A stretch of DNA of 64,000 bases, taken from positions 1,152,001 to 1,216,000 of the forward strand of contig OZ223300.1 in NCBI GenBank assembly GCA_965140705.1. The letters are read 5' to 3'. Within the stretch, counting starts at the first letter, position 1, and the number at the start of each line of letters is the position of its first letter. Both the position numbers and the translations under genes were made by a program. Under the pieces are notes generated by a model. That model searched no databases. It was given only the letters and a program-made list of their open reading frames with translations, and was not told the origin of the DNA. The stretch comes from an uncultured Arcobacter sp. (GTDB lineage: Bacteria; Campylobacterota; Campylobacteria; Campylobacterales; Arcobacteraceae). Below, one piece after another: positions 47,307 to 56,490 of this stretch.

Positions 47307-48287
47307 TTATCTGTCTTTACTTAGATTATCAAACTCTATGGTTACAGGCATTCCTTGTTGAATAAAGTTATCATGCTCTTGCAATATTAGTCGAACACGA
47401 TATACAAGTTGTGTTCTTAACTCTTCAGTTTGTACACTTTTAGGTGTAAATTCTGCTTGTGGTGAAATGAAACTTACAATTGCATTATACGGTTTGTTTG
47501 GTCTTGAATCAGTATAAACTTTTGCTTTCATAGTAGGTTTGATTATTCCCAAATATTTTTCAGAAATATAACTTCTTACCCAATATTGATTTTGTAAAGC
47601 CATTTCAATAATTGGAGAACCTTGTGGTACTATCGCTCCCACTTCGTATGCTCTTGTTAATATTGTACCATCATTTGGAGCAAATAATTGTGTATCATGT
47701 AGATGAATTTGTGCTTCTTTTTCTTGCTCTTGTAAATATTTTAATTTGGCATGGGCAGATTCTATATCTTCTTTTTGGTAGCCATCTTGTAGTTGTTTGT
47801 AGTTGTTTTTATCATAATTGTATTGTGCTTTTGCACTATTATATGAAAGTAAGATATCATCATGTTTTTCTTTAGATATTGAGTTTGTTTTAAGAAGTTT
47901 GTTATATCGTTTTAAATCTATTTCTGCTTTATTTAAAACAGCAGAACTTTTAGCTAATAAAGCTTTGGCTTTTGCTATATCTTCTTTTCTATACCCTTTT
48001 TCAAGTTTTTCTACTTGGACTTTTTGCATAGTAACTTGAGCTTTTATCTCATCAAGTGATTGTTGAAATAAATCTTTATCAACAGAGGCTAATAAGTCAC
48101 CTTTTTTGACTTTTTGTCCTTCATCAAAATAGATTTTTGAAATCTTTCCCGGAACTCTTAAGCCCAATGAAACAGTTCTTAAATCAACATTTCCATAAAA
48201 TTTTGTGACTTTATCTTTTTCGTCTAAACAAGCTGTAAAAAATAGCGGTATAAGTAGTGTAAGTAAATAAATAGTGACTTTTGACAT
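47307..48287 (-). CDS. ybhG: HlyD-family membrane fusion protein (YbhG-like), with lipobox-like FFTAC
   Basis: YGNVDLRTV, coiled-coil region, FISPQAEFTPKSVQTEELRTQLVYR. Confidence 0.88.
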   Translation of the reverse strand: MSKVTIYLLTLLIPLFFTACLDEKDKVTKFYGNVDLRTVSLGLRVPGKISKIYFDEGQKVKKGDLLASVDKDLFQQSLDEIKAQVTMQKVQVEKLEKGYRKEDIAKAKALLAKSSAVLNKAEIDLKRYNKLLKTNSISKEKHDDILLSYNSAKAQYNYDKNNYKQLQDGYQKEDIESAHAKLKYLQEQEKEAQIHLHDTQLFAPNDGTILTRAYEVGAIVPQGSPIIEMALQNQYWVRSYISEKYLGIIKPTMKAKVYTDSRPNKPYNAIVSFISPQAEFTPKSVQTEELRTQLVYRVRLILQEHDNFIQQGMPVTIEFDNLSKDR

Positions 48288-48337
48288 AAATGCTCCTAAA
48301 TAAGCTATATTATAGCTAATAATAGATTATTCTAAAA

Positions 48338-48370
48338 TGTAAAAGCCCTAATTAATAAAGGACTTTTACA
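48338..48370 (-). terminator. Terminator candidate after ferritin
   Basis: TGTAAAAG...CTTTTACA inverted repeat. Confidence 0.5.
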
Positions 48371-48378
48371 TAGTTTAC

Positions 48379-48888
48379 TTAAGCATTTGTTGGGTCAACA
48401 AAAGTTCTTGAACCTAATTCTTGGTCAATGGCATAAAGTCCATAGCCATCATCTCCTACAAGTTTGATTTTATCAATAATTGTATTTAGTGTAGCTTCTT
48501 CTTCAACTTGTTCTGTTACATACCATTGAAGCATATTATAAGTTGCATGGTCTTTGTTTTTCATAGTTAAATCACTTAGTTCATTTAAGTTTGCACTCAT
48601 TTTCATCTCATGAGCTAATGCTTTTTTAAAGGTATCTAAAATTGATTTAAAATCGACATTTGCTTCTTCAATTTTAGGTAAAGTAACATGTACTTCTTGA
48701 TTTTCAAGATATTTAAATAATTTCATTGCATGTGCAACTTCTTCTTGGTATTGCACTAAAAACCAACTTGATGAACCATTTAATCCAACCTTTGAAGCAT
48801 AAGCTGACATCCCTAAATAAATATATGATGATTGGAACTCTTTGTTTAATTGTAACACTAAGGCATCTGAAATTTCTTTTTTTAACAT
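48379..48888 (-). CDS. ftn: Non-heme ferritin
   Basis: Ferroxidase ligands in QLNKE..SSYIY, QEEVAHA, HE and WYVTEQVEEE. Confidence 0.92.
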   Translation of the reverse strand: MLKKEISDALVLQLNKEFQSSYIYLGMSAYASKVGLNGSSSWFLVQYQEEVAHAMKLFKYLENQEVHVTLPKIEEANVDFKSILDTFKKALAHEMKMSANLNELSDLTMKNKDHATYNMLQWYVTEQVEEEATLNTIIDKIKLVGDDGYGLYAIDQELGSRTFVDPTNA

Positions 48889-48954
48889 AATATCTCCTTA
48901 ATTTAAATTTACCTTCATTATGCGAGAAATATTCTTTATTTTAGTTGATAAGCT

Positions 48955-48972
48955 TTGATAATAAGATTTCAA
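48955..48972. promoter_or_regulatory. Possible Fur/PerR-like box upstream of ferritin
   Basis: TTGATAATAAGATTTCAA resembles TGATAATnATTATCA; the AT-rich background weakens the call. Confidence 0.35.
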
Positions 48973-49109
48973 CAACTTAATTTTTAATCTCTTTTATTAT
49001 AAAGAATTAAATTAATGCACAAATTAATAAATAAAAGTTGTTTTATATTTAAAAGTAAAATAACATAACTTTAGATAAAATCACGAAAACTTAAAATAGG
49101 AAATTTTTT

Positions 49110-50030
49110 ATGGCAATTTATACATGTGGACACACAACTCCTGACTCAGATTCTATTTGTTCAGCGATTTCATTAGGATATTTATTAAATAAAATTGGAA
49201 GAGAAGCTATTCCTGCACGACAAGGACCTGTTTCTCCTGAAACTCAATTTATTCTAGACAGATTTGGATTTGAAGCACCAGAACTCAAAACTGAGTTTGC
49301 AGGTTGTGAACTTTTTATTACCGATTATTCTGATAGAGGACAAGCTCCAGCTGATTTGGATAAGGCAACAGTTGTTGGTATAGTTGATCATCATAAATTA
49401 GGTGATATTACTACTTCAGCTCCTTTAGAGTGTTGGATTAGACCTGTTGGATGTACAAATACAATCGTAAAAGAGATGTATGACTTTCATAAAGTAGAAA
49501 TACCAAAAAACATTGCAGGAATCATGATGTGTGCAATTTTATCTGATACTGTTATTTTCAAATCACCAACTTGTACAGAAACAGATATAAAAGCAGTAAG
49601 AGAATTGGCAGAAATTGCTGGTGTTGATGATTTTGGAGCTTTAGGAATGGAGATGTTCAAAGTTAAATCAGCAGTTGAGGGTGTACCTGTAAGAGATTTG
49701 ATATTAAGAGATTATAAACCTTTTGATATGCATGGAACAAATGTTGGTATAGGACAACTTGAAGTTATTGATTTAGCTATCTTTGATGGTGTAAAAGAAG
49801 AACTAGAAGCTGACTTAGATAAGTTAAGAGTTGAAAATGGCTTACATACAGCTTGTTTATTATTAACTGATATTATGAAAGAGGGTTCTGAAGTTTTAGT
49901 ATCTTCAGAAGATCCTTCGATTTTTGAAAAAGCATTTGATGTAAAACTTGAAAATGGAAAAGTATGGCTTGATGGTTGCCTATCAAGAAAAAAACAAATT
50001 ATCCCTTTCTTAGAACCTGCATTCGCTTAA
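49110..50030 (+). CDS. ppaC: Mn-dependent family II inorganic pyrophosphatase
   Basis: GHTTPDSDSICS, VDHH, ILSDT..FKSPT, SRKKQIIP. Confidence 0.93.
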   Translation: MAIYTCGHTTPDSDSICSAISLGYLLNKIGREAIPARQGPVSPETQFILDRFGFEAPELKTEFAGCELFITDYSDRGQAPADLDKATVVGIVDHHKLGDITTSAPLECWIRPVGCTNTIVKEMYDFHKVEIPKNIAGIMMCAILSDTVIFKSPTCTETDIKAVRELAEIAGVDDFGALGMEMFKVKSAVEGVPVRDLILRDYKPFDMHGTNVGIGQLEVIDLAIFDGVKEELEADLDKLRVENGLHTACLLLTDIMKEGSEVLVSSEDPSIFEKAFDVKLENGKVWLDGCLSRKKQIIPFLEPAFA

Positions 50031-50087
50031 TATAAGAGATAGCTTTATGCTATCTTTTTCTAGACTATATTTTTATTAGGATTCCCA

Positions 50088-50855
50088 ATGGAACTTTTTG
50101 CAGATATTACTCTTTATTGGGTAATAGGTTTTGTTATTGCTGGTTTTTTAGCAGGTTACATAGACTCAATAGCTGGTGGTGGTGGAATGGTACAAGTTCC
50201 TGTATTACTTCTAAGTGGTTTATCTCCTATTCATGTTTTAGCTTCAAATAAAATGGCTGGCTTAGTTGGTGTTTTAATGGCAACAATTAAATATGCACTT
50301 AGTAAAAAGATATCTTGGAAAGTTGTAAGTATTGCAATTATCCCTTGTCTTCTTGCTTCTTATATTGGAAGTAGATTAATAATGTTTGTATCTGATGAGA
50401 TAATTACTTGGGCTATTATTTTAGCTATTCCTGTTGCTATGGTTTTTTTATTTAAAAAAAGTAAAAAAATAGTAGAAGAGAAAACAAAACTAAATAATAA
50501 AAATATTATTCTTGCAACTGCTCCAATTGGATTTTATGATGGTTTATTAGGTCCTGGAACAGGAACTTATATGACTATTTCTATGAAAAAGTTTTTACAT
50601 CTTGATTATTTGGTTTCAACAGCATCAACTAAGCCTTTAAATTTTGCTACAAATGTAGGTTCTGCCATTGCCTTTGTTTTTGCAGGAAAAGTATTATGGG
50701 GAGTTGCTATTATTTTGGGATTAGCAAATATAGCTGGCTCATATGTTGGAAGTCATTATGCTATCAAAGGTGGGGAAGAGTTTATTAAAAAAGTTTTGAT
50801 TTTTGTACTTGTTTTTATGTTAGTTGGAAATATTATAAAAATTGTTGTGAGTTAA
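50088..50855 (+). CDS. TauE/SafE (TSUP) family permease
   Basis: AGYIDSIAGGGG, GFYDGLLGPGTG, LNFATN. Confidence 0.88.
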   Translation: MELFADITLYWVIGFVIAGFLAGYIDSIAGGGGMVQVPVLLLSGLSPIHVLASNKMAGLVGVLMATIKYALSKKISWKVVSIAIIPCLLASYIGSRLIMFVSDEIITWAIILAIPVAMVFLFKKSKKIVEEKTKLNNKNIILATAPIGFYDGLLGPGTGTYMTISMKKFLHLDYLVSTASTKPLNFATNVGSAIAFVFAGKVLWGVAIILGLANIAGSYVGSHYAIKGGEEFIKKVLIFVLVFMLVGNIIKIVVS

Positions 50856-51628
50856 TGAAAACAAAAGTTTTCAAAAATAAAAACTTAGATTTTTTAGAAT
50901 TAAGATATATTGAAAATATCACTCAATGTGAAAAAATGCATTTGCATGAAGAACTTACAATTACAGCATTTAAAGAGGGCTCATTAAATATAAGTTTTAA
51001 TGACTCTTCTAAAATATTAAACCCCAATGAAATAGCAATAATCAACTCAAATATAATTCACAATGCAACACTAAATAGTAAAAGTGTCAAAAATGGATAT
51101 GTATTATATATGGCTAAAAACTATTTAGAAAGTTTGAACTTAGGCATATCCTTAGATTATGTTTTTTTACAAGATAATAAAAATAGTTTTATAAGTCTAT
51201 GTGAAGTATTATTGGCTGAGGATATCTCTTTATTAGAAAAAGAAGAGCTATTTATTGAGTTTTGTTTAAGTACTTTTTCTTTAAAAGAAGAGATTAAACA
51301 AGTAGAAAAAAACTCTTTATCTATAAAAATAAAAAACTATCTAGATGAAAACTTTTTAGAAGATATTATTTTAGAAGATATCTCAAAAGAGTTTAATATA
51401 ACTGTTGTACATCTAATAAGAGTTTTTAAAAAAGAGTTTGGTTTAGCTATTCATTCATATATAATCAATAAAAAAGTTCATAGGGCAAAAGAACTTTTAA
51501 ACTCAAAGCTACCAATTATAGAAGTAGCCTTACAAAGCGGGTTTTTTGATCAAAGCCATTTAAATAGAAGTTTTAAACGAGTATTTCAACTAACCCCTAA
51601 AGAGTTTCAAAAAAATATACTTTCATAA
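50855..51628 (+). CDS. AraC-family transcriptional regulator
   Basis: Cupin HLHEE..IIHN; double HTH with GFFDQSHLNRSFKR. Confidence 0.9.
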   Translation: MKTKVFKNKNLDFLELRYIENITQCEKMHLHEELTITAFKEGSLNISFNDSSKILNPNEIAIINSNIIHNATLNSKSVKNGYVLYMAKNYLESLNLGISLDYVFLQDNKNSFISLCEVLLAEDISLLEKEELFIEFCLSTFSLKEEIKQVEKNSLSIKIKNYLDENFLEDIILEDISKEFNITVVHLIRVFKKEFGLAIHSYIINKKVHRAKELLNSKLPIIEVALQSGFFDQSHLNRSFKRVFQLTPKEFQKNILS

Positions 51629-51630
51629 AT

Positions 51631-51647
51631 GTTAATTTTGTACAAGA
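51631..51647 (+). promoter_or_regulatory. Candidate AraC-type operator immediately after the regulator gene
   Basis: GTTAATTTTGTACAAGA resembles the motif I recall downstream of this AraC subfamily, ahead of the target gene; unverified. Confidence 0.4.
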
Positions 51648-51694
51648 TTTAAATTTTTTTATTTTATATACTTCTTTAAATAAAAGGAGAAACT

Positions 51695-51766
51695 ATGAAT
51701 AGTATAAAACAATATAATCATATTCAAACAAATAATCTACTCTCAATCCTCTTACTCACTAAATAA
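51695..51766 (+). CDS. Leucine-rich leader peptide MNSIKQYNHIQTNNLLSILLLTK (leuL-like)
   Basis: SD AAGGAG before ATG; 5 Leu in 7 codons (CTA CTC tca atc CTC TTA CTC); lies directly upstream of leuA. Confidence 0.7.
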   Translation: MNSIKQYNHIQTNNLLSILLLTK

Positions 51767-51835
51767 TTTTCAAACCTAACCTTATCAATTTTAGTTGCAA
51801 ATATTTGCAAAATATATAAAATCATGGAGAATAAA

Positions 51836-53137
51836 ATGACTTATAAAAAATATAGACAATATCCTATTGTCAAAGATTTCGTACGAACTTGGCCAAATAA
51901 TCAAATTACAAAAGCACCTATTTATGGAAGTGTAGATTTAAGAGATGGAAACCAAGCTTTAATAAATCCTTTAAATATTGAGCAGAAGTTGGAGTATTTT
52001 AATACTTTAGTAAAGATGGGATTTAAACAAATAGAAGTAAGTTATCCAAGTGCTAGTGAGACTGATTTTAATTTTACAAGAAAATTGATTGAAGAAAATC
52101 TTATACCTGATGATGTTGCTATTCAAGTATTAATTCCAGCAAAAAAAGAGTGGATAAAAAAAAGTGTTGAAGCTATGAGGGGAGTTAAAAATGGAATTTT
52201 CCATTTATACAATCCTACGAATGAGTTCCAAAGAAGAGTTGTATTTAAAAAAAGTGATGAAGAGATAATCTCTATGGCAGTTGAATCAATGAAATACTTA
52301 GTAGAACTTACTAAAGATTTTGAGGGCAATGTTATATATGATTATTCTCCTGAGAGTTTTTCCCAAACTGATTTAGAGTTTGCTGTGAAAATATGTAATA
52401 AAGTAATTGATGTAGTAAAACCAACAATCCAAAACAAGATGATAATAAATTTGCCAAATACTCTAGAAGCCTGCACTGCAAATATTTATGCAGATAGAAT
52501 AGAGTGGATGTGCAATAATTTGGACAACAGAGAATCACTAATAATAAGTGTTCATCCTCACAATGATAGAGGAACATCAGTAGCCTCAGCAGAACTTGCA
52601 GTTTTAGCAGGAGCAAATAGAGTAGAGGGAACTTTATTTGGAAATGGTGAGAGAGCAGGGAACTTAGATTTAGTTAATTTTGCTTTTAATTTACATTCAC
52701 AAGGAATTGATTCTACCCTTGATTTATCAATAGTAGATGAAGTAAAAAAGATGTATGAGAATTTAACAAAGTTGAATATAAATCCAAGACATCCATACGT
52801 GGGTGATATGATTTTTACAGCCTTTAGTGGAGGACATCAAGATGCTATAAGAAAAGGAATAGATTTTTATAGAAAAGAGAATTGTCAAGAGTGGAATGTC
52901 CCATACTTGCCAATAGATCCAAAAGATATAAAAAGAGGATATGAGAATATTATTAGAGTAAATTCCCAATCAGGAAAAGGAGGAGTTGCTTTTATCATAA
53001 GTGAGTTTTTTGGAGATGAATTAGATAAAGAAGAAGCCAAAGAGTTTGGACTATTGGTGAAAAAAGAGAGTGATAAAGTTCAAAGGGAGTTAAGTAAGGA
53101 TGAAATTATTGGACTTTATGAGGGGTATAAAAAATAA
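51836..53137 (+). CDS. leuA: 2-isopropylmalate synthase (yeast/mycobacterial type) lacking the C-terminal regulatory domain
   Basis: SVDLRDGNQAL, YSPESF, HPHNDRG, GNGERAGN, AFSGGHQDAI, IRVNSQSGKGG; about 433 aa. ATG at 51836 has a GGAG SD. Confidence 0.88.
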   Translation: MTYKKYRQYPIVKDFVRTWPNNQITKAPIYGSVDLRDGNQALINPLNIEQKLEYFNTLVKMGFKQIEVSYPSASETDFNFTRKLIEENLIPDDVAIQVLIPAKKEWIKKSVEAMRGVKNGIFHLYNPTNEFQRRVVFKKSDEEIISMAVESMKYLVELTKDFEGNVIYDYSPESFSQTDLEFAVKICNKVIDVVKPTIQNKMIINLPNTLEACTANIYADRIEWMCNNLDNRESLIISVHPHNDRGTSVASAELAVLAGANRVEGTLFGNGERAGNLDLVNFAFNLHSQGIDSTLDLSIVDEVKKMYENLTKLNINPRHPYVGDMIFTAFSGGHQDAIRKGIDFYRKENCQEWNVPYLPIDPKDIKRGYENIIRVNSQSGKGGVAFIISEFFGDELDKEEAKEFGLLVKKESDKVQRELSKDEIIGLYEGYKK

Positions 53138-53138
53138 T

Positions 53139-53581
53139 ACTCTCTTGAAGAGGATAAACCTCTTCGCTTCTCTTACTTTTGTGTTGACGAAAAGTAAGCA
53201 AAAACAACTACGGCTGCGAAGCCAAAGGTTCCCTCCCTTATTATTTTTATTTTTTCTGCTTGCTAAAACTCATTTATTAAAACTTCCGTTTAGGAACTTT
53301 TAAACATTCAGACAGTTAGCAAGCTTGTCTAGAAAAAAGAAAAATAAACGCTCGGCTTCTGTAGATGTAGAAATAAATCTCTTTAGTTGTTTCTTTATCT
53401 TAGAAGTTTAAACTATCTAGTGTAAAGCAGAGTAAATAAAAGCAAAAAATCTAAACAAATTAAAAATGCAAATGTCCTTATCCCATCTTTATTCCAACAT
53501 TTGCAAAAGCCGAATGTTTATTTCTCTTTTCGGAAAAGAGTTACAACTATTTGAGTAAATAAATGTGCTAAATACATATTT
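53139..53581. repeat. Structured element copy C: one complete unit (53139-53370) plus a truncated opposing unit (~53497-53581)
   Basis: 53139-53370 matches the reverse complement of the right halves of A/B. 53508 onward matches AGCCGAATGTTTATTTCTCTTTTCGGAAAAGA of A/B. Confidence 0.85.
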
Positions 53582-53648
53582 AATTTTAAAAAATAACAAT
53601 TATTATGATAGACTATTAACTATAATATATTTATAATAGTGGAATTAA

Positions 53649-53765
53649 ATGAAAATTATTGATACAATTGAAGAATTGAAAGAAATAAGAAAACAATCAC
53701 AAAAAAGAAAAAAGGGATTCTACTTTTTATCTTTACATTTATTCAGTTACTATATGGAATTATAA
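53649..53765 (+). other. 38-aa small ORF, possibly a gene 5' remnant
   Basis: MKIIDTIEELKEIRKQSQKRKKGFY...; ends 3 nt before the DGC start. Confidence 0.3.
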
Positions 53766-53768
53766 TAT

Positions 53769-54734
53769 ATGTTAACTTCATTAATTGATAAAGAATTTCA
53801 AAAAATTATCTTAAATAATACTGTTATGTGGTTAAATATGCTGGATAATGATGCCAATGTGCTCATGTGGAATAAAGCTGCAGAAGTAATAAGTGGTTAC
53901 ACTAAAGAAGAAGTACTTGGCAATAGTAATATATGGGAACTACTTTATCCAGATGTAGAGTATCGCACTTCAATTCACAATAAAGCACTTGAAATTATCA
54001 ATAAGGGAGACGAAATTATAGATTTTGAAACAACTATAATTTCTAAAGATGGTACTAAAAAAATCTTATCTTGGAATACACATAATATGAAAGATGAAGA
54101 TAATAATATTATTGGTTCTATTGCTATAGCAAGAGATGTTACAAAAATTAAAGCTAATGAGAAATCCCTTCAATTATTGACATTTGAATTAGAAGAATCA
54201 AATAAAAAACTACTTGAATTAAGTTATATTGATCAATTAACAAGTATACCAAATAGAAGAGCATATGACGAAAGACTTGCATTAGAGTTAAAAGCTATTA
54301 AAAGATCAGGGATAGAGTTTTCTTTCTTATTAATTGATATTGATAATTTTAAAGAATACAATGATATGTATGGACATGCAAATGGTGATATTGTTTTATT
54401 TAGAGTCTCTAATCAAATAAAAAATGTATTATCAAGAAAAACTGATTTTGTTGCACGCTATGGTGGTGAAGAGATTGTAGTAATACTACCTTATACACCT
54501 CTAGAAAAAGCACAAATTGTTGCAAAAAAAATTCTTCAATGCACACTTGATTTAAATATTGAACATTCATATTCAAAGTTTAATCAATTATTAACTGTTA
54601 GTATAGGTATCACTTCTACAAAAATAAGTATTGAAAATTTAATGAACAATGCAGATCAAGCACTTTATAAAGCCAAGAATTATGGTCGCAATAGGTTTGA
54701 AGTTTACTCTAATAATTCTTCTTCATTAAAATAG
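53769..54734 (+). CDS. PAS-GGDEF diguanylate cyclase
   Basis: PAS (WNKAAEVISGY), DQLTSIPNRR, DIDNFKEYNDMYGH, RKTD I-site, RYGGEEI. Confidence 0.9.
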   Translation: MLTSLIDKEFQKIILNNTVMWLNMLDNDANVLMWNKAAEVISGYTKEEVLGNSNIWELLYPDVEYRTSIHNKALEIINKGDEIIDFETTIISKDGTKKILSWNTHNMKDEDNNIIGSIAIARDVTKIKANEKSLQLLTFELEESNKKLLELSYIDQLTSIPNRRAYDERLALELKAIKRSGIEFSFLLIDIDNFKEYNDMYGHANGDIVLFRVSNQIKNVLSRKTDFVARYGGEEIVVILPYTPLEKAQIVAKKILQCTLDLNIEHSYSKFNQLLTVSIGITSTKISIENLMNNADQALYKAKNYGRNRFEVYSNNSSSLK

Positions 54735-54892
54735 AGATTCTTCTACACCCCTCTTCACTTTTATTCTTGTCCTTTTTTTGTTAACTAATTTGATGTTCTT
54801 TGAATAGTTGCTATTTTCTTACATTATATTTAAAATAAGATAGATATAAGTGCAAATCACTTATTATTAAAACCAATTTAAAAAGAGAAAAG

Positions 54893-55978
54893 ATGGCAGA
54901 ACAACTAAAAAATGTATATACAAAAGAGTATATAAAAAACCTAAGCATTAAAATAAAAGAAAATTATAATAACTTTGATAGTGATAGTTTTATAAACTCT
55001 ATATTTAACCCCACTTGGGAAACTTTAGAATTAAAGATGCGAATGAGACATATTGCAATTGCACTTAATGAGTTTTTACCCTTGTCTTATAAAAAGCAAC
55101 TTGAGATACTAAAACCTACATCAAAAGATTTTAGTGGCTTTGAAGCTATGTTTTTTCAAGACTTTGTGGAAGTTTATGGATTAGATGATTTTGAGAACTC
55201 TATGGATGCACTAGAAGTATTTACCCTTGATTCTAGTTCTGAGTTTGCAATAAGACAGTTTATATTAAAGTATGAAGATAAAACTATGCAACAAATGAAA
55301 CTTTGGACTAAAAGTTCAAATGAACATATTAGAAGACTTGCAAGTGAAGGGTGTCGTCCTAGACTTCCTTGGGCTGTGGCACTTCCTCGATTTAAAGCAA
55401 ATCCATCAAAAGTTTTTGAGATAATTGAACTTCTTAAAAATGACCCTTCTAAATATGTACAAAAATCTGTAGCAAACAATCTTAATGATATCTCAAAAGA
55501 TAATCCAGAACTTGTAATTGAGTTTGTTAAAAGCAATCTTGGAGTTTCCAAAGAGCTTGATTGGATATGTAAGCATGCCTCTCGAACTTTACTTAAAAGG
55601 GGAGATAAAGAAGTATTGGAGTTATTTTCTTTTGGCAAATCACATCATGTAAATATTTCTAATTTTATTTGTGATGAGCTTGTAAAAGTTGATGATTATT
55701 TAAACTTCTCTTTTGAACTTAATTCAGATGAAGAACTTGGTAATGTAAGGGTTGAGTATGGTTTGTATTATTTGAAGTCAAATATGACACATAATAAAAA
55801 AGTTTTTATGATAAGTCAAAATGAGATAAAATCAAAAAATAAAAAGTTTGTAAAAAAACAGAGTTTTAAAAATATGACTACAAGAAGACACTATTTAGGC
55901 AAACACCATATTTCTATTATAATAAATGGAAAAGAGATGATAAAAAAGGAGTTTATTTTAGATGACACCAGCTATTAG
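54893..55978 (+). CDS. HEAT-repeat DNA alkylation repair protein (AlkC/YhaZ-like)
   Basis: SSEFAIRQF, RRLASEGCRPRLPW, YVQKSVANNLNDISKD, TTRRHYLG. Confidence 0.85.
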   Translation: MAEQLKNVYTKEYIKNLSIKIKENYNNFDSDSFINSIFNPTWETLELKMRMRHIAIALNEFLPLSYKKQLEILKPTSKDFSGFEAMFFQDFVEVYGLDDFENSMDALEVFTLDSSSEFAIRQFILKYEDKTMQQMKLWTKSSNEHIRRLASEGCRPRLPWAVALPRFKANPSKVFEIIELLKNDPSKYVQKSVANNLNDISKDNPELVIEFVKSNLGVSKELDWICKHASRTLLKRGDKEVLELFSFGKSHHVNISNFICDELVKVDDYLNFSFELNSDEELGNVRVEYGLYYLKSNMTHNKKVFMISQNEIKSKNKKFVKKQSFKNMTTRRHYLGKHHISIIINGKEMIKKEFILDDTSY

Positions 55979-56429
55979 ATTACTTAAAAAAAACAAATGT
56001 GATTTTAAAATACATAAATATGACCATGACCCAGCTTGTACAGACTTTGGAGAAGAAGCAGTTACTAAACTAAACCTTGATAAGAATAGGGTATTTAAAA
56101 CTTTATTAGTGGAACTAAGCCCAAAAGAGTTAGTTGTTTGTGTAGTTCCTGTATCTAAACAATTAAGTCTTAAGGATGTAGCAAATGCATTTAAAGTAAA
56201 AAAAGCACAAATGGCAAATAAAGATGAAGCTCAAAAAGTCACAGGATACTTACTTGGTGGAATTTCACCTTTGGGACAGAAAAAAAGATTAAAAACTCTT
56301 GTTGATGAAAGTGCATTTAATTATGAGACAATCTTTGTAAGCGGTGGTAAAAGAGGCTTAGATATTGAATTAAAAGCAGAAGATATTGTAAGCTTAGTTA
56401 ACGCTCAAAAATTTCCTATTAGTACTTAG
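55962..56429 (+). CDS. ybaK: Cys-tRNA(Pro) deacylase
   Basis: MTPAI, VFKTL, TGYLLGGISPLGQKK, SGGKRG. Confidence 0.92.
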   Translation: MTPAIRLLKKNKCDFKIHKYDHDPACTDFGEEAVTKLNLDKNRVFKTLLVELSPKELVVCVVPVSKQLSLKDVANAFKVKKAQMANKDEAQKVTGYLLGGISPLGQKKRLKTLVDESAFNYETIFVSGGKRGLDIELKAEDIVSLVNAQKFPIST

Positions 56430-56490
56430 TTTTAACTTCCCTTTAATCTTTTGCATGTAGTATTGTATAAAGAAAAACAAAAGGATTTAT

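Noticed and set aside
53100..53303. 67-aa ORF from the track
   Set aside because: It lies across the non-coding repeat C and overlaps leuA; no SD or recognisable motif.
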